A stretch of 63,783 nucleotides of DNA, the filler included, from Hyphochytrium catenoides (Eukaryota; Protista; Hyphochytriomycota): NCBI GenBank assembly GCA_900088475.1. It is 11 parts of 11 records of this genome, joined end to end, with 100 filler letters (N's around TTAATTAATTAA, not from the genome) between each part and the next. Parts side by side here need not be neighbours in the genome. Positions count along the whole stretch, not along the records: positions 35,068 to 39,425 come from FLMG01004505.1; positions 39,526 to 47,376 come from FLMG01000040.1; positions 47,477 to 53,148 come from FLMG01000467.1; 8 more parts are not named here. One strand, given 5' to 3'. The position numbers were made by a program, and so were the translations under genes. This document shows positions 38,942 through 52,345 of this stretch, one piece after another. Under the pieces are notes generated by a model. It was not told the origin of the DNA. It made no database searches and saw nothing but the letters and a program-made list of their open reading frames with translations. Every line of letters begins with the position of its first letter. Positions within the stretch are counted from its first letter, which is position 1.

Positions 38942-39316
38942 TTCTATCTCTTCCTCCTTTTCTCTTGCCCTCTCACTCGGCTCTGGTTGCATTTTTCTCT
39001 GTCTTCCCCTAGCGCTTTCCTCTCGACCAACATCGATTACATCTTGCGGAACTTGAGGATCAAGTCCTTAGTCCTCTGTGGCCTCAATGTGGCTCGAGGT
39101 CTAGAACAAACGCTTCTGGACGCTGTCGATCGTGGTTACTCTGTCTCGCTAGTGGCGGACGCGTTTGCCTCAGAGGAGGAGAGTGACGATGAGAAGCTTC
39201 TCTCTCTATCCTCTCTCTCTTGCCGGGTCATTGACACCTCGTCCCTAGTTGCAGAGCTGCAGGCGTCAGTCTATGACTGCCATGTAGGCGTGAACGACCT
39301 AGTGGTTGCCTCATGA
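36395..39316 (+). CDS. PA (protease-associated) domain + coiled coil + isochorismatase-like cysteine hydrolase fusion; exons 36395-36634, 37250-37982, 38395-38668, 39013-39316
   Basis: PA domain: AEFGP...GRLVLAQP...GNIVLIDRG..F.TK|VLRAQEAGA..TIIANN...IPSVMLS. Hydrolase: TAILIVDMQ...EIIVSK..|SAFLSTNIDYILRNLRIKSLVLCG...DAVDRGYSVSLVADA. All junctions are in phase, and the PA end and hydrolase start share exon 2. Confidence 0.85.
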
Positions 39317-39650
39317 GGCAGAAGAGACAAGGAGCTTGTAAAAAAGACGGCTCTCATTTTCCTGTCTCTATCTATTCTCCTTTATGCAGGAATGGAAGAT
39401 AAAAGAGTGAGTGAGAGAGAGAGAGNNNNNNNNNNNNNNNNNNNNNNNNNNNNNNNNNNNNNNNNNNNNTTAATTAATTAANNNNNNNNNNNNNNNNNNN
39501 NNNNNNNNNNNNNNNNNNNNNNNNNGTTGTTGGTTTGAGACTCCTTTGGCGGCGAAGCCGACTTGGAAGAGTTCATACCCATGGCTCCTCGTCGGCAAGA
39601 AGAGAAGAGAGCTTATTATAGGAGAAAGAGATAAATGAGCGAGAAGATGG

Positions 39651-39667
39651 CCTAACCCTAACCCTAA
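39651..39667 (+). repeat. Short interstitial telomere-like repeat (CCCTAA)~3
   Basis: cctaaccctaaccctaa. Confidence 0.5.
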
Positions 39668-40464
39668 GCACTGTTAGTGCAGATCAATAAGCTCTTAAAT
39701 AGACAGCCTGTCCCAGGCAATGGCCATAGGGCTTTCTGAGTAATTGCGACCACTGCGACATGCCGGCATTTCCCACCGACATGGGTGGGTGTCACAGCGA
39801 TAGATACAGAGCTTTCTAACTATCAGCTTCTAACTCAGACGTCATGAGCTGCATCAGCGTTGTCTCCTTATCAGTGTACGAGCCACTGTCTTGTTTTTCA
39901 CCAAAACTCCTAAGTTCTCTGATCTGGTGCACGATGCGGATCTGAAGCTCCTGAAGACCATAATTCTGGAGACATAACTCTGTGATCAGAACCGGTGAGA
40001 AGCAGGTGCTATGATGGAGACCGAGACTGCGAGACAGAGTAGTTGATAAACCATAGATAGATGTAGTTGAATGACGAGGAAGAGTTGAAGGAAAGAGACA
40101 GAGCAACATCTGCACTACGTCGTAAGAGAAAGACGTTTTTGGCAAAAAAGGAATCAGTCTGGCTCTGATCGGTTCGATAACTAAAGTGTAAAGTACATGA
40201 TAATCATACCTCTTGAAGCCACGAATCTTGCTTTGTTGGTTATCATCCAGTGAGTTTGCTGTCAGTAAGGAGGTTATCGGAGTTAAAGACTAACTTTTGG
40301 TTCTTAGGCTTTGATTCTTGAACTGCCACGTGTCTGGATTTGTGTGGAATCCATGAAAGGCCAGTTGCGAGGAAGAGGGCCGTAATAGATGCAACTAAGC
40401 AGGAAAAAGACAAGGGAGTTGAGAGAGAAAGAGTGGCGGATGAGGTAGGAAAGGAAGCAGAGCA

Positions 40465-40495
<31 letters not shown>

Positions 40496-40843
40496 NNNNN
40501 NNNNNNNNNNNNNNNNNNNNNNNNNNNNNNNNNNNNNNNNNNNNNNNNNNNNNNNNNNNNNNTTGACACGCGGAGGCTCCTCAGTTCAGGGCGAGCTGTG
40601 GGAAGTTGATGTCTGTCAAAGGATTCCACGCCGAAGGGCCCGCAGAAGAGACGGAAGAGTCCGAGCTTCCTTCGTCTCTCGTCACCTCAATTTCCTGCTT
40701 CATTGCAGGTCAGATCTTCACCAACTCGAGGATCCTCTTCTCTGCCCTCACCGCAGTCAGGAGAAAGTCTACCTACGCGCAGGAAGAGAGACCACGGAAG
40801 ACGGAAAGAGAGACAAGCAAAGGAAAAAGTGTAGAAAAGAGCA

Positions 40844-43800
40844 ATGGGGCGGAGTAGATCAGGCGCGATGGCGCTAGCTTTGGGCTTGTTATTGGGCCTC
40901 TGCACCTTCCAAGCTGCTCAATCTATGGTCATCGGTGTGGATATCGGTACAGAGTTCTTCAAGGTCACGCTAGTGAAGCCTGGGCAGCCATTCTCCATTG
41001 TGACGAATGTGCACAGCAAGAGGAAGACAGAGACCATGGTTGCTTTTGATAACCAGGAGAGAAGGTTTGGAAGTGATGCCGCTGAGTTGGCAGCAAGGAA
41101 GCCAACGACAACTTTTGCGCAGGTACAAACTAGATGCTTTTTGGGGCTCTCTGCCCCTCCTCTCTCTCCCCTCACTACGTTATCTCTTTCTCTCTCTCTT
41201 GCTCTGTCTCTCTCTGTCTCTCTCTCTCTTTATCTGTTCTCCTCCACTGCTTTACTCTTTTTTCTCTTCTTCCTTTTCCTCTTCTTTTCTCTAGACCTTG
41301 CGAGTGAGTTGAAGTCCTCTTTCAGTTCACCTGTCTCTTCCTCGTTGACTGTTGTCTCGGCCTAACGAAAAGCCCCTTCCTTCTCGCCTTCGCCCTTACT
41401 CTCCTGCGCTCGTCCTCTTGCTACTGCGGCTCGACCGTCCAGATGACCCGCATTCTAGGGCGCAGCTACGATCATCCAGTAGTGCAGCAGGTCTTGCAGC
41501 ACGAATACTATCCTTGGACCACCTCCAAGAACGAACAGAGAGGCACTGTCGTCTTCAAGGTGAAGACAGGGAAGGTGGACAGCTCCTACTCCGTTGAGGT
41601 AAGCGCTGAGAAGACAGTGATATCTCTCTTTCTCTCTCGTGGCAGAGACTTTCTTCCTGCGCGAGTGGTCCTCCTCTTTGTGCTTCCATAGCAGCGCGAT
41701 CACCTCTGGTCTGATGTCTTGGCCCGCCGGGGATCTTCTACTGAACGACCACCCCTTTCTATGGTGCTTCTCCTTTGTAGGAGCTCACAGCGATGATTGT
41801 GGGCCACATTAAGGACATCACGGACGCCTATGCTCGGGTCGGCTCCATTCGTGACTGCGTCGTCACGGTCCCTTCGTTTTGGACCCAGGGAGAAAGGCAA
41901 AGCCTCCTCGACTCCTTTGAGATTGCAGGCTTGAAGGTACTCTCACTCATTGAAGAGAACACGGCAGCTGCTCTTCAGCTATCGCTTGACATGGTTGGGA
42001 CCGAGCTGGCAGAGAAGAACGCCACGAAGACGGTTCTCTTCTACAATCTTGGCGCCTCTGCAGCCCAAGTCAGTATCGTAGACTACTTCCCTCTCGTCAT
42101 CAAGGAGAGAGGTGGCAAGAACTCGACCGTTGTTGGCTTTGAAGTCAAGTCCAAGGCTTGGGATCAAGCTGTTGGCGGCCAATTCTTTGATGCACGGTTG
42201 ACGGAGATGATTGCTGATGAGTTCAATCATCAGACCAAGAACGCCAAGACTGACATCCGTACTGTTCCTAAAGCTATGGCCAAGATCAAGAAGGCTGCGG
42301 CGAAGACGAAGAAAGTTCTTAGCGCGAATCAGAACATCCCGGTCAACATCGGCTCTCTTCATGATGACAAAGATCTTCATATGATGATATCTAGAAAGAT
42401 GTTCGAAGAGAAGTGTGACGATCTTTTCCAGCGAGCATTGAAGCCGGTCCAGACGGCTCTAGACAGAGCTGGAATGACCTTGAAGGACATTGACGCCGTT
42501 GAACTCATTGGAGGCAGCGCGAGAGTGCCCAAGATCTCGTCCATGCTCGCAGAATCTCTCCCTAACATCGAGTTGGGCGTGCATCTGAACGGAGACGAGG
42601 CAATGTGCCAAGGAGCAGCATTCCACGCTGCCAACCTAAGCGCAGCATTCCGTGTCCGTCACGTAGGTATGACAGACGTCAATGCATTCCCAGTCGGTGT
42701 ACGGCTGGTGGACATCCCAGCGGACAAGAAAGAGGAGGACTTCTCTTCTCTTTACCTTGAAGAAGAGGTTCCAGAAGGTGTTTGGACCAAGTCAACTGCT
42801 CTGTTCAAGGCGGGAAGTAAGCTAGGCGTGAGAAAAGTGGTTGCATTCCAGCATCAGGAGGATATCATCTGTGATTTGAACTATGAGAAGGATGAGAATC
42901 CTCTTCCTGAGGGGACTCCGTCGCTCCTCCGCTCCTTTGCCATCACAGGGATCAAGGACTTCGCAGCTAAGGCTGCCGAGAAACGATGGGAGAGCCCGAA
43001 AGTCCATCTCTCTTTCTACTTAGACAGCAGTGGCATGGTCTCTCTCGCTAAGGCCGAGATGAGTGCGGAAGATCTCACAGTCCAGGAAGAGGAGAAAGAG
43101 AAGAACGCGACGGACACTTCTAGTGCTGGTAACTCCACAGCCAATGCCACCGAATCAACCAAATCAGAGAAGGACAAGAAGAAGAAGAAGGTCTTTAGGG
43201 AGGCACTGACCGTCCGCCCTCTCTTCTCTCGTTTGGCGGTCAAGCCAATGTCTGAGGAAGAGAAGGCAGCAAGTAAGGAAGTATTGGCCGAACTTAAGAA
43301 GCAGGATCTCCTTAGAAAAGAGAGAGAAGAAGCGCGGAACGCTCTCGAAGCTTTCCTCTACTCTGCGAAGGATAAGATGGATAGCAACGAGGAAGAAATC
43401 GGTGTCGTCTCCACAGAGCAGCAGCGAGAGAAGATCAAGGAGCAGATTACCTTCTTGGAAGACTGGATCTATGACGAGGGAGAGAATGAAGAGGCGGCGG
43501 AGTACAGAAAGAGACTCCGCTCTCTCTCCAAGGACATTGACAGCATCTTCGACCGCTTGGCAGAGCATAAAGCGCGGCCTGCCGTAGTAGAGAGCAGCAA
43601 GGAGCTTATATCCACGACAAAGAAGAAGGTTAGTCGCTGGGAGGAAGAGAAGCCTCATATCACTGAAGAAGAGAGGAAAGAGCTTCTCTCTCTCGTCTCC
43701 TCATTTGAGGAGTTTCTTACTAAGCAGTTAGAGGAGCAAGAGAAGAAGGAGCCTCACGAGGATCCTGCCTTCACAAAGTCACAGCTAGTCAAGAGACAAA

Positions 43801-44015
43801 AGCCTATTCGTTCTCTTCTCTCAAAGCTGGAGAAGAAGCCCACGCCGAAGCCCACGCCCAAGCCTGCGAGCAACGAGAGCACTGCCAACGACACTGCTTC
43901 AGGGGAGACAGAGACAGCAGAGGAGAAGGTGGAGACAGAAGAAACTCCTGTCTCTGGAGAGAAGAAGGAAGAGGTGCCAGAGAAGGTAGTCGAGGATGAG
44001 AAAGAGGAACTTTAG
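40844..44015 (+). CDS. HYOU1: ER Hsp70-family nucleotide exchange factor/chaperone HYOU1 (Grp170/Lhs1); exons 40844-41122, 41443-41598, 41781-44015
   Basis: Signal peptide. Motifs VIGVDIGTEFFKVTLVKPG, SKRKT, VELIGGSARVP, HLNGDEA and ARNALEAFLY...EDWIYDEG. C-terminal ER-retention-like KEEL. Confidence 0.95.
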
Positions 44016-44679
44016 AGACACAGAAACCTCTATCATAGAGTGCCTTAGGTGTCTATTATGGAGTGTAAAGACAGAGCGTGAGAGGTCAATAAATTAACAG
44101 CCTTTACAGGGTAGAAACCTTCCTTGGCCTCCTTCCTCGATTTACATCTGGCAGTGTCCTTCATAGTCTAGCAATCTTCCTCTGTCAACGAGCCTCTGGA
44201 CTCTCAATGCCATGCTCCATGGGCCAAAAGAGTGGGAAAGGGTCCTTCTTGCGACTTAGCCCTGCCATAAAGGTGACGGAGAGATTGAGGAGGAGAGAGG
44301 TTGGCTGAGGGACAGATGAGATGACCTTCTTCTTGCTAACGTTCTTGACTTTGGCGAAGATATAGGCGGACAAGTGGCTGCACGGCAAGAGAGAGTGGTC
44401 AACGGGATATAAAAGAGTGTATGAGAATAAATTAAGGTCAAACTAGGGTAGGACTCGCTTCGGAGTCTTTGTCTCTCTTTCTGTCTCTCTCTCTTGGTCT
44501 ATCGTGCTTCTCTTCTCTTCTTCTTACTTCCGCACAGACAGAGTTTAACGTCCTTGAAGGCCCGATCCACAAAGAGACAAAGATCTGATCCGCATAGGCA
44601 CAGAGATCTAGCATCTGGTGGCTACTTCGTGGAACTGCAATGTAGCTGCTTGCTTTCTCTTCTTCGCCCCAGTGCCCTA

Positions 44680-45675
44680 CTAACCCTTTAACATCCCTTT
44701 CAGCGCTTTAGCTACGGCCGTCTCCTGCTTCGTTAGGAGGCCATCTGTGTGTCTGCAATGCTTGCAGAAGGCTAGAAGCTGCTGTTTCTCTCCCCCGTCC
44801 ATGTTAGGGAGAGAGCGGAGGACATTTTGATCTGCAAGGAGCTTGATCATGGCAGAGGCGAAGGCTGAAGAGAGAGGAGGCTTTGTGCGGGATAATACGG
44901 AGGAGATGAAGTGCCGCAGGACAGCCTGGAGGTCAAAGGATAGGAACATATCGTCAGAACCCATCCAAGACGCACACAAAGGTGACGGAAGGAACAGAGA
45001 GAGGGAGAGAGAGGAAGAGAGAGGAGCTAGACTAAACGCCCAACGTGACGCAATGTGAAGCTGTGGAAAAGTAACGTAAAGCAGCAAATCACAGGGAAAG
45101 AGAAGGACATTCGGGATAAGGAATAGCACTGAGAGATGGAGCTATAAGAACCAATCTGCATTGGTTGGAAGACCGAGCTATAGGGGCGAAGACATAGAGA
45201 CCGAGACAGACACAGAGAGAAAGAGGCAGAGAGAGAGAGAGAGTCCATAAGAGCAGGGCGAGCATCGAAGGCCAAGGCAGTGCAAAATTCAAGCTTTACC
45301 TGGTCCATCTCCTCTGTATGCTTAGAGACAAACTCCAGGACTGGCAGGACGTAGCCCGCAGCCATGAGACGGACCATTGAGTCCAAAATCTCGCGCTGCA
45401 GCTCCAAAGCCTGGAAGAGAAAGGAAAGGTAGAGTGTGGGAGAGTAAGAGAGGGAGAGGTGTGGGGAGACCAAGATGTAGAGCCGAGACATAGGATGCAT
45501 CTTCCATCAGTTGTGCCGAAGTCCTGCCTCTTTCTACTCTTCGCTCCCTTGCTTCTCTTTCTTTCTTCCTCTTCAAGAATTGTATATAATTTCTATCACC
45601 CGACATCTCTCATCGTCATGGCGTCCGTATCCATCATACAGCCTCTCTTCTTCCTCTGTTCAAACCCCTTCTTGG

Positions 45676-45711
<36 letters not shown>

Positions 45712-47370
45712 ACTCTCTCTCTCTCTCTCCCTGTCTGTCTCTCTCAGGGTCTTTCTCTCCCTGTCTGTCTCTCTCAGGCTCTCTCTCTCTCGGAGTCTCT
45801 CTCTCTCTTTCTCTCTCTTTGAGCCGCCTTTGTATACCTTGACTGGGTTGAGGTCTGTCTTGAGAAGGATCGCGGCGGTCAGCGTGTCAAAGGCGCATGG
45901 CCATTGATAGGGCCAACTATTCACTGAGAAATCAATCAACTCCAGGAAGGTTGACAAACAGACTTGCAGCAAGCCAGTATTATAGAACCGTGGAGCCTGC
46001 AGAGATGGGAAGAGGGCGAGCAAGAGAGACAATAAGGGCAGTCAGAGGAAGAAGAGTGAGCAAGAGAGAGCATAACGGCGGTCAAAGGAACGATAAAGCC
46101 AACCTTTCACAAGGAGAAAGACTCTATTAGAAGCGCGAGCAGGGGGAGACCAAGAATGGGAGACAAAGTCCCAAGGTAAAGGCGAGAGAGGTCTCCAAGG
46201 GACAAGGAAAGAAAGACCTTGGACCTTCAGCTACGGTGTAAGCCTAGCAAAGAAGGGTAGACCTAAAGTCTTAAGCCTAAAAGCAATCTAGGGTCTACGT
46301 TGAGATGGACAAGATATCAGAGAGAAAGAGGTTACTCGAACCAGAATCGTGGCCTTGATCCAGTGCAAGACTCCGAAGGAAACTATCGGCGTGCGCATCA
46401 TGTGCTTTAGCTTCTCAGCAATATTTGACTGGTGGATCTGTTGGGTTGGGGCAATAGAGAGAGAGATGAAAAGGCAGTGGTAGACGGAAGAGGATAGATC
46501 ATAAGTGGAATGTAGAAAATGGAAGAGCAGAAGAGAGACAAACTATGAAAGGGCGAGAAGTTTGCCAGAAGAGCTCAACAGGCCATACTGTGATATCATC
46601 CTCTCTCTCTCTCTCTCTGTGTCTCTGTCTCTCTCTCATTGTTTTTTATGGCTCTTACGTCGAAACCAAGGGATCTCTCGGCTTTGCACAGTGCTGAAGC
46701 CTCTGAGAGCAGCTTCTGAGCCTCAGATATTCCCAGAGCAGGGCCTCCAATCCCTCCTCCACCCACTAGAATGGCAGAGGACCGTCGGTCCCGAGCTAGA
46801 GAAGCGTAAGAGAGAAGGTAGCAGCTTTCTTCCTTTATCTCGTCTCCAAGGTGCTCATAAGGATGAAAAAGATCTTTTACTAGTATCTCCACGACCTGGC
46901 AATGGGAGTAAAAGAGAGATAGAAAGAGAGAGCGAAAAGAAAGAGCGAAAGAGAGAGAGTAGTGGAAGAAAGGCCAAACAACACCAATACCTGTTATCCA
47001 CTGTCCTTAGCCTAGAGAATAGACAGAGACACTAAACAGACAAAGAAGCAAAACGAAGACACAAGTCACAGATAACAAAGAGAGAGAAAAGGAACTTGAG
47101 AAGCACTCTAAAGGTCCAGCCCCTCCTCTATTTGGCGGATCAGGGACGAATGACGCTGATATCTCAAAGACACACACACACACGCAGAGAGAGAGAGAGA
47201 GAGAAAGGGAGAGAGAGGGAGAGAGAGAGAGAGCTACAATACTAGACGATAAGGTATAGACAAAGAGGCGAGGTAACGACGTCGAGGGAAGAGAGAGAGA
47301 GAGAGAGAGAGGAAGAACATGGTTTACCATCGGATGCTGTATAAAGATAGCAGGTGGCGGGTTTGGCTGG
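44680..47370 (-). CDS. NELFCD: Negative elongation factor C/D (TH1) homologue, C-terminal half; 5' part lost in gap
   Basis: Exons PNPPPAIFIQHP, LVKDLFHP...YLLSYAS, MRTPIVSFGVLHWI, LELQREILDSMVRLMAAGYVLPVL and D|..LRHFISSVLSRTKPPLSSAF match the order and pattern of TH1/NELF-CD motifs. Confidence 0.85.
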
Positions 47371-47557
47371 CTGTAGNNNNNNNNNNNNNNNNNNNNNNNN
47401 NNNNNNNNNNNNNNNNNNNNTTAATTAATTAANNNNNNNNNNNNNNNNNNNNNNNNNNNNNNNNNNNNNNNNNNNNTCTCCTTCTCGACCCTGAAGAGGC
47501 AGTGGCGGTGGGAGCTTGTCTTCAGGCAGAGGCGCACAAGCGGCTGGCAGGAGAATG

Positions 47558-47598
<41 letters not shown>

Positions 47599-48355
47599 TT
47601 TAAAAAGAGAGAGAAAGAGAGAGAGAGAGAAAGAGAAAATATTAAAGAATAGGAAGCCCACCTATAAAAGTGAAGTGCATTTGGGACTCTTTCTCTCTCT
47701 CTCTCCCTCTGTCTGTCTCGTACTTTTGAAGAAAGAGAGAAAGACACGGAAGGACAATTTTCAAAGAGAGAGAAAGAAAGAGAGAGGCAGAAAGAAAAGA
47801 AAGAAGAGAAAGAGTACTCCTTTTCTTTCTGACAGTAAAATGAACAGACAATAACCTAGTCACCTCACAATCTCTCTCTCTCTTTCCTCTTTCTTTTTTA
47901 CTCTACCTCTCTCTTTGTTTCCTACCCTCTGTCTTCCTTTCTTTCTCTTCATCTCTCTCTCTCTCTATTTATGTACGCGGTCTCTTTGCAGAAAGTGTGA
48001 AGGGAAGAGAGAAGAGACGCAGACAGCCACTTTGGGGCAGATAAAAAAATGGGAACGGGAGAGAGAGAGAGAGAAAGAGCAGAGAAAGAGAGAGAGAGAG
48101 GAAAAAGGGTTGTTGTAAGTACTTACAAGAGAGGAGCTAAGCTATGACTCCATACAAGCAGAAAAATGTGAGAGAGAGAGAGAGAAAAGAGAGAGGGTAG
48201 AGAGGAACAAGAGCAGGAGAAAAAGGGAGAGAAGGGTCCAGTGCTCCATCGCAAGATTCTCTCGATTTATTAGAATAAAATAGGAACGACCAGATTTAAA
48301 GATAAAGAGAGAGAGAGAGAGAGAGCGGCGTTGTATCTCTCTTCCTTTTCTTCTT

Positions 48356-48393
<38 letters not shown>

Positions 48394-48424
48394 CTCTCAT
48401 TCCCCATTCTGTTGCTCCTTCTCT

Positions 48425-48717
48425 TTACATCTTTGCGCGCACAGGAGGTTCTTTCCCTTGGTCCAGGAAAGAGAGAAGGTCTCCCACACTTTGTGCCACA
48501 GCGTTAAAGAAAGAGAGAGAGTCAATCTTTCTCCCTCTCTTCCAAGAAGAGACAAGAAAAGCACTCTCTCCCTCTCTCAACGAGTAACAAACGCCCAGCC
48601 CCTGGGGGAGCATTGGGGCGAATCCTCCCCATAGAAATCTATTGGCGCCCATAGAACCGTCGCCTGAGACGTTGGAGGTAGAGAGAACGTAGTTCCCCCC
48701 ACCGCCACTCTGAGAGA

Positions 48718-48757
<40 letters not shown>

Positions 48758-49742
48758 AAGAAAGAGGGAGAGACAGAGACACACAGAGAGAGAGAGACAG
48801 AGAGAGAAAGAAAGAGGGGGAGAGAGAGAGAGACAGAAAGAAAGAGGGAGAAAGAAACACAGAGAGAGAGAGACAGAGAGAGATGTAAGGAGATAGCGAG
48901 AGCGAGAGAAGAGAGAGGGGGGGGGGAGAGAGAGAGAGGGAAGGAGAGAGAGAGGGAGAGAGAGAGAGAAGGTTTGGGTTAGTTGGAGAGGAACGAGAAT
49001 CGGACAAGAGAGATTAGGGCGACGAGACAGAGCCTTAACAGCAGCGGGAGGAAAAAGAGAGAGAGAGAGAGAGAAGAGGAAGAATTAACTGGTAGAAGAA
49101 ACCAGAAGGGAGAGCTAGGGAAAAGACAAAGAAAGAGAGAGAGGATACGGAACGAATAGACAGAGGCGAGAGGACTGGAAGAGAGAACATAGCGAAAAAT
49201 ATAGAAAATTTTTGGAGAGAGAGGTCAAGAGAGCAAAAGAAAGAGAGAGAAAGACGAGGAGAAAGCACACGCGAACGCAGTGGAACCAGGAAGAGAGTAC
49301 AAGGAAGGTAAAGGAAAGTAATGAAAGAAGGAGCGCGAAAAGAAGAGAGACGATCTGCAGAAGAGAGGGAGATCAGAAACGAGGGAAAAAGAAAGAGAGA
49401 GAGGACGAGGGAAAAAGAAAGAGAGAGAGAAAGACACATAGATGGGGCAACGTAAGAGAAAGTGAGAAGCTGCAATACTTAGCAGCAAAGGGGAATGCCG
49501 AGAGAAGGCGTTGATAGGAGGTAGAGAGAGAGAGAGAAACAAAGAGAAGAGAGAGAGAAAGACGGAGAAGGAGAGAAAGAGAGAGAAAAGGCGGGGAAAG
49601 AGAGAGAGAGAGTTTTCCTACTTTGGTGTAGCTCGGGTCTGTGTACAGCGCAGGAGTCTCCATCCCTTCAAAGAATGCGGCGACCTGCATCCCTAGCAAA
49701 TGCCGGTCGATGCCGTGACCTAGGGAAGACGAGGGAGAGAAA

Positions 49743-49776
<34 letters not shown>

Positions 49777-50488
49777 GAGAGAGAGAGGGAGGACGAACGA
49801 TAAGCAGGAAGGAAGGAAACATTAACGGGGGAGTTAAGAAAGCCTGTTAAAGCCAGCAAAGAGAAGACACGAAAAGAACACTCCAGTGCCGAGAGGGAGA
49901 GAGAGAGAGAGAGAGAGAAAAAGCGGGAGAGAGAGAGAAGAGCACTGCTTGAAAGAAAAAGACCTGTGCCCATCAAGCAAACAGAAGAGAAAGATCTTAA
50001 AACGAAAGAAGAAACAGGCCCATCTATTGAGATGGAAATAGAGAGAAGAGAAGAGAATGGGAAGAAATAAAACGGGAGAGGAGAGAGGGAGAGAAAGAGA
50101 GAAAGAAAGAAGGGAAAGGAGAGAAGCCTCTCCTTACCATTCAGTGCATCCATGCCTGACTCCATGTGAGACTGTACAGCAAGATCAAACTTCTCTCTCT
50201 TCTTCTCTCTCCCAACGGCAGGGTTGTCCATCACCTGAAGCCACTCTTTCACAGCCATAGAACACGTGCGGATTGTCTCCGTACGGCCTGACACAGAGAG
50301 AGAGAGAGAGAGAGAGCAAAAGAGAGAGAGAGAGAGCAAAAGAGAGAGAGAGAGTGCGAAAAAGAGAGAGAGCGGAACAGAGAGATGTCAGTTCTCTCTA
50401 TTCTCTCTATACTCCGGGTGCCTGGAAAGAATTTCTGATCTCTTCTTTGTTTCTCTTTCTGTCGTGACAAAACCCTTCTTTAGCTCTA

Positions 50489-50522
<34 letters not shown>

Positions 50523-50949
50523 TCCCCCCGGCCCCCCTCCCTCTTTTTCCGCTCACTTTCATAATGCAGGACCATAGGGAAAAAGAAGTGTGAGAGGGAA
50601 TAAGAGAGAGAGAGAGAGAGAGAATGAGAAAGGAGAGGAAAAAAAAAGAAAGAGAGAGAGAGACACCCCTTTACCGTGATAGAAAAATCGTGTATGCGCG
50701 CTTTCATAGGTTGGGGCCACTTCCCCGTGTGTTCTATAGAAAGCGAGCTGGAGAGAGAGCTGGAAGAAAGTGTCAGGAGGGAGACCGCGCGCCTTGATCT
50801 CTCTCTTCCCTATCTTCACACGACCGCAGTGCAGATCTGCATACGCACAAGAGAGAGAGAGTGATTAAGCAAAGAAGAGATATAGAGAGAGAGAGAGATA
50901 GAGAAAAAGAGAGAGAGAGAGAGAAAAAGAGAGAGAGAGAGAGAGAGAA

Positions 50950-50980
<31 letters not shown>

Positions 50981-51239
50981 AGGAGCTTAAAGGAGAACCA
51001 CGGACGAACACCATTGACCCTCAGCACGAGGGAAACAGAAAGTGGTAAAAGGAACGGTGAACAAGGGAAAAGGAAAGGGAGAGAGGATAAAGCGAGAGAG
51101 AAGAAGAGAGAGAGTGAAAGACCATAAAATTTGGGGTACATCAACAGATATTGCGAGGTTATGACAACATAGAGATAAAATAAAAGAGAGCCTTTGATAG
51201 AGAGAGAGAGACAGAGCCCAATATCAAGAAAGCAAGAGA

Positions 51240-51270
<31 letters not shown>

Positions 51271-51412
51271 AGGAGAGATACACCAAGGTCATCGATCTTC
51301 TCCTTGAATTCTCTCTCCGCCTTTGCAATCAGCTCCACTGTCGCCGGGCTTACGACCCAGCGCGCCACTTCAGGAGGAGGAAGATACTGCTCTCAGCGCA
51401 TCATGTGGGAAG

Positions 51413-51455
<43 letters not shown>

Positions 51456-51534
51456 CGAGAGAGCGAGAGAACGAAAGAGAGAGGGCAGAAACGAAAGGTG
51501 CCGGGAGGACAGAACCAGAAATCACCAAAAAGAC

Positions 51535-51573
<39 letters not shown>

Positions 51574-52127
51574 GTTGAAGTCCTTGAGCTGCCAGCTTTG
51601 GGACATTCCAGAACTAACTGTCATCTTGCTAGCAGTTTCCGTCTTTCTACCTTACTTCTCTGTTTCCCATATTCTCTCTCTCTCTCTCTCTGTGTGTGTG
51701 TTTCTTCTCCTCCCTCCAGGGCGGAGCGCCGCCAGCTGCCCTTCCTCATTCGTCCTCTCTCCCTCTTGCTTACCATTACTTCTCTCTCTCTCTCTCTCTC
51801 TCTTTCTCTGTGTGTGTCTCTCTCTCACACACTTCTCTTATGCAATCTCTTTCCTCTCTTTTCCTCTATCAGTCTTACCCAATGCTCTGGCTCCTCCTCC
51901 ACTTTCTCTCTCTCTCTTTTTCGCTCCCACCTTCTCTGTTTCGCTCTCCTCTCCTCTGTTACTCTACCACTCTTCTCCTTCTCTCTCTTCTCTCTCTCCC
52001 TCGTCTCCCTCTTCTCTTTTTCTCTTTCAATTCCCTCTACCACGCTGCTTCTCTCTCTCTCTCTCCCTCCAACCGCCCCCCCCCTTCTCTCTCTCTCTCA
52101 CACATAATTCTCTCCCTCACATTATTC

Positions 52128-52172
<45 letters not shown>

Positions 52173-52303
52173 TTCCCGGTGGTGCTCTCGATGTAGGTGT
52201 CGATCCCTCCTCTGTGCATGTAGCGCTCGCCGCACCAGGTGAACATCGCGAGATAAATTGTCGCATCAGCGTTCGCATGCTCCAGATTGCAGCCAACCAT
52301 CCC

Positions 52304-52345
<42 letters not shown>

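Noticed and set aside
47477-47545. Small exon-like segment as part of NELF-C/D
   Set aside because: It is separated by a gap and has no recognisable TH1 motif, so it cannot be assigned.
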